38,418 nt of DNA from Spiroplasma sp. Lineage in GTDB: Bacteria > Bacillota_I > Bacilli_A > Mycoplasmatales > Mycoplasmataceae. Where the stretch lies: the NCBI GenBank assembly GCA_022712415.1, contig JALAGN010000056.1, positions 1 through 38,418 of the forward strand. The letters are read 5' to 3'. The translations under genes and the position numbers were made by a program. Under the pieces are notes generated by a model. It was not told where the DNA came from and ran no database searches. It was given only the letters and a program-made list of their open reading frames with translations. Positions 25,772 to 34,757 of the stretch are shown in pieces (position 1 is the first letter of the stretch; every line of letters begins with the position of its first letter).

Positions 25772-26306
25772 TAGATTCCCTCAATATTTCTAAAACCGCT
25801 TCAACAGTTAAACCGGTATAGTTAAGTCATTTAAACAGTGTTTTGGCATTAATTTTTTCACTTCACGCAAAATAGGCGGCGATTTTCTTGCGATTGGCGG
25901 CTAAATTAAATTCATGCTGCAAGTAATCGTCTCAAGAAAGCGACGGATTTTGATCACCGTTAAAGGTAATGGCATTCTCCAATGCAAATACAATATCAGT
26001 CAGCTCCGCCTCAGCAATCCCAATTTTTCGAGTATTTTTAATGTTTTTTTTATCAACAAAAGCATTCGCACATTTGAAATCAAGATATTCATTAATTCGA
26101 GCGCGAATTTTATTCCCCGGACCGTCCGGATCGGTCATCACAATAATCCCGCGGGCAGCATTAGTTTTCTTGCAGACTTCTAAAAAGGTTTCATCAAACC
26201 CCAACCCGTTAGTAATTAGAAATTCAAGTTCATCACCCGGGAAAGCTTGCTTGATTTTTTGGACATCAGTCTTGCCTTCAACTACAATTACCTGTTTTAG
26301 AAACAT
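25761..26306 (-). CDS. rnmV: Ribonuclease M5 (TOPRIM)
   Basis: Track ORF 25932..26306 (VIVVEGKTD...MTDPDGPG) extends through TGA codons at 25932, 25863 and 25827 to TAA 25761-25763. The product is 181 aa. It overlaps rsmA by 11 nt. Confidence 0.85.
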
Positions 26307-26400
26307 GATGACACCTCTTTAAGCACGATTTTTTCGTTATTTAACTGTTTATATAGTATAATTATACACGAAGGGTTTTTCTATTAGAGGAGGAAATTAT

Positions 26401-27444
26401 ATGGCAACATGAGACCGTAAAAAAGAGTTTGTCGCTCTTGACTTAGGGACAGCTAACACAATTGCTTATTTAGGTGGACAAGGTATTATTTATAACGAAC
26501 CATCGACAATGGCATACGATACTCATACAAACACAGTAATCGCAGCTGGTGAAGCTGCTTACGATATGGTAGGAAAAACTAACGACGATGTTCGTATGGT
26601 AGTACCATTGGTTGACGGGGTTATCGCTGATATGGACGCAGCAAAAGATCTTATCAAAATTATTTTTTCACGTATTAAATTATCAGATATCTTAAAAAAC
26701 GCATTGGTAGTTCTTGCTTGCCCTTCAGGAGTTACTGAATTAGAAAGAACAGCTTTAAAACAAGTTGTTTTCGACATGGGAGCAAGAAAGGTTCTAGTTG
26801 AAGAAGAAGTTAAACTTTCTGCAATTGGAGCTGGAATCAACATTAGCATTGCTAGTGGGCACTTAGTAGTTGACATCGGTGGAGGTACAACAGATATCGC
26901 TATCATTTCTGCTGGAGATATCATTTTATCAAGATCAATTAAAACTGCTGGAAAACATTTCGATGAAGAAATCAGAAAATACATTCGTGCAGAATACAAC
27001 GTATTAATTGGTATTAAAACAGCCGAAAAAATCAAAATGGAAATCGGTTCATTAACTAAATTAGACAATGGACGTACATTCCGTGCTTACGGACGTGACG
27101 TTATTTCTGGATTACCACGTGAAGTTGTAATCTCACCTGATGAAGTTAAAAACGCATTACTAGCACCATTCTCAAAAATTACAGACTTGATCGTTGAAGT
27201 AATGGAAAATACACCTGCTGAATTAGCTGGAGATATTATCCGTAACGGAATCACAATCTGTGGTGGTGGAACTTTAATCCGTGGAATTGATACATACTTT
27301 GAATCAATCTTCCAATTAAAAGTTACAAAAGCACAAGACGCTTTATTAACAGTTATTGAAGGTGCAAAAGAATATGAAAAACAAGTTGACAAATGATTAG
27401 AAGTTGTTGAATTACGCGAAGCTCGCGAATACCGTATTAAATAA
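26401..27444 (+). CDS. mreB: MreB paralogue a (canonical motifs)
   Basis: ATG 26401 follows GAGGAGGAA. The N-terminus is MATWDRKKEFVALDLGTANT, with a TGA-encoded W at codon 4. The track start at 26509 would remove the phosphate-1 motif. DIGGGTTD and ICGGGTLIRG are present. The frame reads through TGA 27394 to TAA 27442-27444. The product is 347 aa. Confidence 0.92.
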
Positions 27445-27446
27445 GA

Positions 27447-27471
27447 AAGTTCCCTTACGGGACTTTTTTTT
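27447..27471 (+). terminator. Rho-independent terminator after mreB a
   Basis: aagt(t)ccc ttac gggactt followed by ttttttt. Confidence 0.7.
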
Positions 27472-27572
27472 ATGCCAAATTTTATTTTGGAAATAATTAG
27501 AATAGTCGTTTTACTATTACACCGATTTGATGTATTATGAATATAGATAATGTCAAATGGGGGTAAAAAATA

Positions 27573-28607
27573 ATGGGAAAAATGGATTGAACCGATAAAA
27601 AACACATGGTTGTTGATTTTGGAACTGCATCAACAAGAGTCTACATTGAAGGCAAAGGAATTGTTTTCAATGAGGCTTCAGTAATTGCTGTTAATACAAA
27701 AACTAAAAAAATCGTTGCCATTGGCGAAGATGCTAAAAAATGTCTCGGAAAACAAAGCAAATATATTCGCGTTCACACCTTACAAAGTAATGGTGTCATT
27801 GTTGATATTCGTATGTTTGTTTTATTCCTTGGCGAAGTCTTTAAAAAATATACTGAAATTATTAAATCAACATACGTGACACTTGCTTGCCCTCCTGGAT
27901 TAACTCCTGTTGAAAAAACCGCTTTAATTAAATCAATTGAAAGCTTAGGTTGCTTCTTTGTGGATCCACAAGATGCTTCAAAATTAGGTCTTTATGGAAC
28001 TGGTGTTGATATCACAAAACCAGATGGTCGCCTTGTTTTAGACATGGGTGCCGGAAAAGTGACTTGTGGGATGGTTTCTTCAAACGAAGTTGTTGTACAA
28101 AAAAGCTTAAAAATTGGTGGTAACTACCTTGATAATGAAATTATGAAAACACTAAAAGCTGATTTAAAAATTGCTGTCGGTGAAGTGACAGCTGAAAAAG
28201 TAAAAAATGCTGTCGCAACAGCATTAAAAACGAAAAAAGGATTATCAGTTAAAATTTACGGATATGATGTGACATCAATGATGCCAACCGACAAAGATGT
28301 CACTGAAGATGATTTACAAGAGGTAATGAAAAAAGCCATCTACCAAATCACTTCATTAGTCACAACAGTCCTAGAAGAATCACCTTCAGAACTGTCAGAA
28401 GATATCATTAAAAATGGAATTGTTGTTGTTGGAAACTTTGCTAAACTAAATGGTTTAAAAGTTTACATGGAAGACTTCTTCGAAGTACCAATCACAATTG
28501 CTAAAAATTGTGGAACAGCCGTGCTTGACGGTGGAATTAAATACCGCGATCTTTCACGTGAAGAATACGAATTTAAAATGAAAAAAATTAAAGAAACTGA
28601 ATATTAA
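27573..28607 (+). CDS. mreB: Divergent MreB paralogue b (degenerate nucleotide-binding motifs)
   Basis: ATG 27573 lies 8 nt after GGGGGT. The N-terminus is MGKMDWTDKKHMVVDFGTAST. The length and order of actin-fold blocks are MreB-like, but the motifs read DFGTAST, DMGAGKVTCG and VVGNFAKLNG. The product is 344 aa. Confidence 0.8.
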
Positions 28608-28639
28608 AAAATCTCCCACCAATCATAGTGGGAGATTTT
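28607..28639. terminator. Bidirectional terminator between mreB b (+) and the 68-aa gene (-)
   Basis: A perfect 12-bp stem forms between aaaatctcccac (28608-28619) and gtgggagatttt (28628-28639), with an 8-nt loop. The convergent stop codons lie at 28605 and 28641. Confidence 0.8.
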
Positions 28640-28640
28640 G

Positions 28641-28847
28641 TTATTCAACCAATAGTAGAATACCGGCAACTAACCCTAAAGGTCATGCAAATATAATTGC
28701 ACATACACCTAATGCGATATGTGGTTGACCGTCTGTTTGTGCTTTTTTAGCTGCTAATGTCATCGGAATCATTCATGCCAATGGTAATAGTAAAAACGAA
28801 AAAAGAACAGTTTGAACTATCATTAAAATATAACTTGCTTGTCTCAT
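28641..28847 (-). CDS. 68-aa two-TM membrane micro-protein; function unknown
   Basis: This gene is invisible in the track because two in-frame TGA split it. ATG 28845-28847 follows GGAGTGGAGGA. The translation is MRQASYILMIVQTVLFSFLLLPLAWMIPMTLAAKKAQTDGQPHIALGVCAIIFAWPLGLVAGILLLVE. The stop is TAA 28641-28643. I checked every codon. Confidence 0.65.
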
Positions 28848-28910
28848 ACTTAATCCTCCACTCCTATTATATCGCATATTTTAGGAATTGAAAGGGACTG
28901 TACCAAACGC

Positions 28911-28956
28911 CCCACCCCTTAGGAAGATATTTATCTTGTTATTCGGTGGGTTTTTT
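28911..28956 (+). promoter_or_regulatory. Orphan terminator-like structure upstream of the mreB c promoter
   Basis: cccacc (28911-28916) pairs with ggtggg (28945-28950). The enclosed region contains a small inner palindrome (aagata..tatctt). The structure is followed by tttttt. No plus-strand CDS ends here. Confidence 0.35.
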
Positions 28957-28964
28957 GTTATAAT
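28956..28964 (+). promoter_or_regulatory. Extended -10 (TGTTATAAT) for mreB c-d
   Basis: TGTTATAAT lies about 93 nt upstream of ATG 29057. Confidence 0.45.
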
Positions 28965-29056
28965 TGAACCAGATTATATGTAACACGATAACTGTTATAT
29001 GTGATTCAAATGTAAAAAACAAACAAATTTATATATTGAAAAAGGAGACCAGAAAT

Positions 29057-30085
29057 ATGGCTATAGGATCAAAAAAACCTACTTTCCTATCAATGGACTT
29101 AGGTACAGCAAACACACTTGTTTACATTGCTGGACAAGGAATCGTATACAACGAACCTTCAATCGTTGCATACCGTATTAAAGAAAACAAAATTATTGCC
29201 GTTGGAGCAGAAGCATACAAAATGATCGGAAAAGGAAATAAAACTATCCGTGTCGTTAGACCAATGGTTGATGGTGTTATTACTGACATCCGTGCTACTG
29301 AAGCACAATTAAGATACATCTTTACAAAATTACGTATCTCAAAACAATTAAGAAACTCAATTATGTTATTAGCATGTCCATCAGTTATTACTGAATTGGA
29401 AAAAACAGCGTTGAAAAAAATCGCAGTTAACTTAGGAGCAGACCAAGTCTTCGTTGAAGAAGAAGTTAAAATGGCCGCACTTGGTGGAGGGGTAAATATT
29501 TACGCTCCAACAGGAAACCTAATCGTTGATATGGGTGGGGGAACAACTGATATTGCTGTTCTTGCATCAGGTGACATCGTATTGTCAAAATCAATCAAAG
29601 TTGCCGGTAACTACCTAAACGATGAATGTCAAAAATTCATCCGTTCACAATATGGACTAGAAATCGGTTCAAAAACTGGTGAATCAATCAAAGTTAACAT
29701 CGGATCATTAACTAAATACCCTGATGAAAGACGTATGAAAGTTTATGGACGTGACGTAGTTTCAGGATTACCACGTGAAATCGAAATTACTCCTGAAGAA
29801 ATTCGTGAAGTATTAAAAGTACCAGTATCACGTATTATTGACTTAACAGTTCAAGTATTAGAAGAAACTCCACCTGAATTAGCTGGAGATATCTTCAGAA
29901 ATGGTATTACAATCTGTGGTGGTGGAGCCTTAATCCGTGGTATTGATAAATACTTCGCAGATACTCTACAATTACCAACAAAAGTTGGGGAACAACCATT
30001 ATTAGCCGTTATTAACGGAACTAAAAAATTCGAATCAGAAATTTGAGAAGTAATTAAAGCTCAAAGAATGCACACTGAAAACTAA
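29057..30085 (+). CDS. mreB: MreB paralogue c (canonical motifs)
   Basis: ATG 29057 follows AAGGAGA. The N-terminus is MAIGSKKPTFLSMDLGTANT. DMGGGTTD and ICGGGALIRG are present. The frame reads through TGA 30044 to TAA 30083-30085. The product is 342 aa. The track start at 28964 is an unsupported upstream extension. Confidence 0.92.
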
Positions 30086-30133
30086 TCCAAATTTAATTTA
30101 AGTGCAAACAATTAATTAAAGGAGGAATCTCGA

Positions 30134-31183
30134 ATGTACAACGAAGTAAAACGACCTTATATTTCACTTGACCTGGGAACAAGTAATATTCTTGCTTATG
30201 TTTCAGGACAAGGAATCGTATATGATGAGCCCTCACTAATGGCATATGACATTCGTACTAATAAATTAGTTGCGAGTGGTTCAGCTGCATATGAAATGAT
30301 GGGTAAAACAAATGATGAAATTAGAATGGTCACACCTCTAGTTGATGGAGTTATCTCCGATCTAGATGCGACAAAAGACTTATTAAATCATATTTTTAAT
30401 CGTTTAAAAATGATGAACTTCTGAAAAAGTTCAATTGTTCTCTTGGCTTGTCCAAGTGGAGTAACTGAATTAGAACGTGATGCGTTGAAACTTGTTGCCA
30501 AAGGCATGGGAGCATCATTAGTTGTAATTGAAGAAGAAGTTAAAATGTCCGCTGTTGGTGCTGGACTTAACGTTGAATTGCCACAAGGTCATTTAGTTAT
30601 TGACATTGGTGGTGGAACAACTGATATTGCTATCATCTCAGCTGGTGAAATTGTAGTTTCAAGATCAGCCAAAGTTGCAGGGAAATATTTCAATGATGAA
30701 ATCTTGAAATATATTCGTTCTGAATACAACGTTTCAATCGGTATTGTTACCGCTGAAAAAGTGAAAAAAACAATTGGTTCATTAGTTAAATATCCTAACG
30801 AACGATCAATTCAAATTTACGGACGTGATATCGTCTCTGGTTTACCAAAAGAAGCTAAAATTGGTTCTGAGGAAATTAGAAACGTCCTATTATCAGCATT
30901 CAGTAAAATTACTGATGTTGTAATTGAAGTTATGGAAAACACACCTCCTGAATTAGCAGGTGATATCATGAGAAATGGTATTATGCTATGTGGTGGTGGA
31001 GCGTTGATTAGAAATATTGATAAATATTTCTTCGACATCTTCCAATTGCCAACTAAAATTGCAGCCGACCCTCTATCATGCGTTATCGAAGGAACAAAAG
31101 CTTATGAAAAAGTTGTTCTAAGACACATTGAAGAAGGTATGTATGTTGACCAACAAAAAACTTATCTTGAAGGACTTAAATAG
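30134..31183 (+). CDS. mreB: MreB paralogue d (canonical motifs)
   Basis: Track ORFs 30134..30424 and 30443..31183 are joined by TGA 30422 (NFWKSS). AAAGGAGGAA precedes the ATG. DLGTSNI, DIGGGTTD and LCGGGALIRN are present. The product is 349 aa. Confidence 0.92.
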
Positions 31184-31188
31184 TCCGC

Positions 31189-31217
31189 AACCCAGGGTTT
31201 AACTCTGGGTTTTTTTA
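31189..31217 (+). terminator. Rho-independent terminator after mreB d
   Basis: aacccag (31189-31195) pairs with ctgggtt (31205-31211), followed by ttttttt. Confidence 0.75.
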
Positions 31218-31275
31218 TGCTTAAATCCCCTTTTTTCTTTTCATAAAATATATAATATTTTGGTGGAGGTGACCT

Positions 31276-31956
31276 ATGATCACAATTAATAATCTCAAGA
31301 AAACATTTCGCAAATACACCATCCTCGATATTGACAATTTAGTGATTGGCGATAACGAGAAAGTGGCAATTGTCGGAAAGAACGGTGTTGGAAAGACAAC
31401 GCTTTGCGAAATCATCATGGGAACTCAGGCCCCAACAAGTGGCAAAATTGAAACAAGTATTGATGACTTACGTAAGAATGCCGTGTTTCAAGAAACTGGT
31501 TTCTCAAACGATGTTAACATTTACAGCATCGCAAAGTTCTACCAAGATATCTTTCGCGCTCGCGATTTTGACCTTGACGCATCCTTTGAAAAGTATGAAA
31601 TCGCTGATTTAAAAAAACGTCGCTACAACCGTTTATCGGGTGGACAAAAGCAGAAATTTAAATTGTTAATTTCCCAACTAAACCAACCCAACCTCTTATT
31701 ATTGGATGAGTTGACAACCTCACTTGATTACGAGTGACGCCAAAAAATCTTTAAAATTCTCAATCAAATGAGTCACGAGAACAAGGCAACTATTCTCTTG
31801 ATTTCACACGACCCCGAAGAGATTGGTGCTCTTTGTGATCGCGTAATCATTTTAAAGGATACAAAAATATTTAAAGACTTTACCTTAAAAGGTGACGCCA
31901 AAGAGCGAGTCGAACTTGTGAGAAAGGAATTAGCTTGAGATGAAACCACTATATAG
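31276..31956 (+). CDS. ABC transporter ATP-binding protein
   Basis: Track ORF 31276..31737 extends through TGA 31735 and TGA 31936 to TAG 31954-31956. It has Walker A GKNGVGKTT, the signature LSGGQKQK, Walker B LLLLDE and the H-loop ISHD. The SD is GGTGGAGGTGA. The product is 226 aa. Confidence 0.88.
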
Positions 31957-32701
31957 ACAAACACTATTAATGTATAGCAAGAGCATTTATTTTATCGTCC
32001 TTGGACTAGCGCTGCAAATCGCTTTTGTTTTCATTTTTGGTTTCGCCATCGCTGATGGCATTGCTAAATCATTAATCAATAACGGAACCGATGTGACCCG
32101 AGCTGACGTGTTGACGACAATGGTCGGAAACATTACGCTTATTTCAGGCCTTTCAATTGGTTATATGGCCTTTTCGTTTGATTTGATCTCACTTAAAGCA
32201 ACAAAACAATTTAAACAAATCTCACTTGCTAACATTACGAGAGCAAAATACTTAATTACTTTATTGCTTGTGAATATTACCTTTTTACTAATTACCGTTT
32301 TAATTCAAGCAATTCTCTTAATTGCCATCTTTCATATTCACTTAACAGCAGAAGTGATTCTTTCCCTCACAATCATGCCTGTGATTTATACAATTATCGG
32401 CTTTACCACCGCTTTAGTCACAACCGGAATTTGTGATAGTCAAAAAGTGATGACAGTCCTTGTGATGTTGGGATTTTACATCATGATGTTTACAAGTGGA
32501 ACCTTTATGTATTGAGAACCTTTCTCAATTTACGCAAAAACAATTCCAATGATCACACCAATGGGTTGTCTCTTGCAGTTAATGAGCTTTTCCTTTGCAC
32601 CAGAACATTCGTTTACCGAAATTTGATGAGCTCTACCCATCTTTATTGTTGAAATGACAGCATTAATTTACGGCGCTTACAAATTATTCAAATGAAATTA
32701 G
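31940..32701 (+). CDS. ABC-2-type permease (about 6 TM helices)
   Basis: ATG 31940 overlaps the ATPase gene by 17 nt. Track ORF 31940..32515 extends through TGA codons at 32513, 32624, 32627 and 32693 to TAG 32699-32701. The protein is hydrophobic throughout. The product is 253 aa. Confidence 0.75.
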
Positions 32702-32731
32702 CAACGGAATGACATTTAGAGTGCTTGTTTA

Positions 32732-32760
32732 TTGATATCAACGGAATAAATGGATATAAT
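32732..32760 (+). promoter_or_regulatory. Near-consensus sigma-70 promoter for mreB e
   Basis: TTGATA (32732-32737), a 17-nt spacer, then TATAAT (32755-32760), about 30 nt before ATG 32790. Confidence 0.6.
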
Positions 32761-32789
32761 TAAAATACTTAAATAAGGAGGAATTATTA

Positions 32790-33848
32790 ATGAAATTTGA
32801 GGATCGTACATATATAGCGCTCGACTTAGGGACAAGTAATATTTTAGCTTATGTCTCAGGGCAAGGAATCGTATATAATGAACCATCGATTATTGCATAC
32901 GATAATATGACAAACAATTTATTAGCATTGGGGCAAGAAGCTTATGACATGTTAGGAAAAACACACGAGAACATCAGTTTAGTTGTTCCAATCCGTGATG
33001 GGGTTATTACTGACCTTGATGCGGCTCGTGATATGTTAAAACATATCTTTGAAAAACTAAAAATGATTAATGACTGAAAAGATTCAATTATCTTATTAGC
33101 ATGTCCAAGTGGTGTTACCGAATTAGAACGTGATGCATTAAAACAAGTTGCTTACGATATGGGTGGAGAACTTGTAATCGTGGAAGAAGAAGTTAAAATG
33201 TCAGCCATTGGCGCTGGAATTGATATTGAATTACCAAAAGGGAATGTTGTTATTGATATCGGTGGAGGAACTACTGATATCGCGATTATTTCGGCTAACG
33301 ATATTATTATTTCAAGATCAGTTAAAGTTGCTGGAAATGTGTTCAACGAAGAAATTAAAAAATACATTCGTTCAGAATACAACGTCTCAATCGGGGAAAG
33401 AACATCAGAAAACGTTAAAATGGAATTAGGATCACTGACTAAATACAAAGGTGAAAGAAATATTTCAGTTTACGGGCAAGATATTGTTTCTGGATTACCA
33501 AAAGAAGTTATCATTTCTTCTGAAGAAGTAAGAAACGTGTTTGTCAACGCGTTTAGTCGTATTACCGACTTATTAATCGAAGTAATGGAAAATACACCTC
33601 CCGAATTAGCTGGTGACATTATTACAAATGGTTTAACAATTTGTGGTGGTGGTGCTATGATTCGTGGAATCAAAGACTACTTCACAGGAATCTTTAATAT
33701 TCCATGTAAAATCTCAAGCAACCCATTAGTTGGTGTTGTGGAAGGTGCACAAGCATTCTACAAAGTAATCAACAAACGTTTAATGGAAGGTTACTACGGT
33801 AAAAACGGAGATACTCTTCGTCGTAAAAACAACCCATCATTAACTTAA
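32790..33848 (+). CDS. mreB: MreB paralogue e (canonical motifs, basic C-terminal tail)
   Basis: Track ORFs 32790..33077 and 33159..33848 share one frame and join via TGA (INDWKDS). AAGGAGGAA precedes the ATG. DLGTSNI, DIGGGTTD and ICGGGAMIRG are present. The C-terminus reads GKNGDTLRRKNNPSLT. The product is 352 aa. Confidence 0.92.
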
Positions 33849-33852
33849 GACT

Positions 33853-33881
33853 AAAAAAACCAACTTGCGTTGGTTTTTTTT
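33853..33881. terminator. Bidirectional terminator between mreB e (+) and tatD (-)
   Basis: aaaaaaccaac (33854-33864), loop ttgc, gttggtttttt (33869-33879). A perfect stem flanked by an A-run and a T-run. Confidence 0.8.
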
Positions 33882-33910
33882 ATATCAAATTTGTGATTAA
33901 CAAAGTGTGA

Positions 33911-34720
33911 CTAAGTTAATGAAATTTTAAACACTTTTTTGGCATTGGTAGCTGTTGCTGTAATAATATCTTGCACGTCCATGTTTTTTAAGTTCGCCAC
34001 ATAGTCGGCAGTGTAAGCAATGTAGCTTGATGTGTTAATTTTCCCACGCATTGGTTCTGGTGCTAAGTAAGGCGCATCAGTTTCTAATAGTAAGAAATTA
34101 ATTGAAATTTCGCGTACTGTTTTATGTAATGCTTTCGCACTTTTGAATGTTACAATTCCCGGAATAGAAATGTAAAAACCACGCTCAATAAATTTTTGTG
34201 CTAGTTCAGGCCCTTGTGTATAACAATGGATAATTCCTGATTTCACTTTTTTACGATCGATAATTTCTAATGCATCTAAATAAGCATCTTCTTTTCCTTC
34301 TTCATCACGAATATGTAATGCAACCGGAAAGTTGTGTTTTTTCGCAACATCAATTTGTAATTCCAACAATTTAATTTGTTGGTCACGATATTTTTTACCA
34401 TTATGGAAGTAATCCAATCCGATTTCACCGATCGCAACAACTTTGTCACCATTAGCTAATGTTTCAATTTCTTCTGTTTCCAAATCAATATCAACTTTGT
34501 GCGCTTCGTTGGGGTGAATCCCAACAGCGGCGTAAACTTCTTTATATTTTAATGCTTGTGTTAAAGCTCGCTTTGATGATTTAACATCAAAACCAACGTT
34601 ACAAAAATAACTTACTCCGACTTTCTTGGCGCTCTCGATAATCTCCTTTGTTTCAATTTGTTCCTCTTGATATCAAGGATCGTTTAAATGTGTATGGGTA
34701 TCAAATAAACCTTTACTCAT
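33911..34720 (-). CDS. tatD: TatD-family metal-dependent hydrolase
   Basis: ATG 34718-34720 follows AGAGGTA. The N-terminus MSKGLFDTHTHLNDPW (HxH motif) joins via TGA to track ORF 33911..34483. The product is 269 aa. Confidence 0.88.
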
Positions 34721-34757
34721 GTTGTACCTCTTTTCTCATCTATATTATAAGTCTTAA

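Noticed and set aside
27472-27546. A 24-codon plus-strand ORF (MPNFILEIIRIVVLLLHRFDVLWI) between mreB a and mreB b.
   Set aside because: It has no SD (it is preceded only by the terminator T-run), it overlaps the likely mreB b promoter, and it has no other support.
26559-27605. Long minus-strand ORFs (169 aa and 172 aa in the track) lying opposite mreB a.
   Set aside because: They are antisense to a strongly conserved, SD-preceded gene, have no SD of their own, and translate to low-complexity Ser/Ile/Pro-rich sequence. Stop-poor antisense frames are expected opposite GNN/ANN-rich coding DNA. The same reasoning applies to 29122..29319, 30817..31038, 33152..33448 and 33470..33673.
28964-29056. 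The 31-codon upstream extension of mreB c proposed by the track (MNQIICNTITVICDS...).
   Set aside because: It starts at a non-ATG codon inside the predicted -10 box and has no SD. The ATG at 29057 has AAGGAGA upstream and gives an N-terminus that aligns with the other paralogues.
32702-32747. Direct 9-mer repeat caacggaat (32702-32710 and 32739-32747) around the mreB e promoter.
   Set aside because: A single 9-mer recurrence is within chance expectation for a 38-kb AT-rich window. There is no dyad symmetry or third copy. It is noted only as a possible site if conservation supports it.
30134-33848. Whether mreB d and mreB e are a very recent tandem duplication, prone to gene conversion or to deletion of the intervening ABC genes.
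   Set aside because: The proteins are similar (roughly 60% identical by eye) and share a TGA-Trp at the same position. However, synonymous sites are saturated, and the longest identical DNA tracts I could find are only about 15 nt (e.g. caaggaatcgtatat). The duplication is therefore old and gives a poor recombination substrate.
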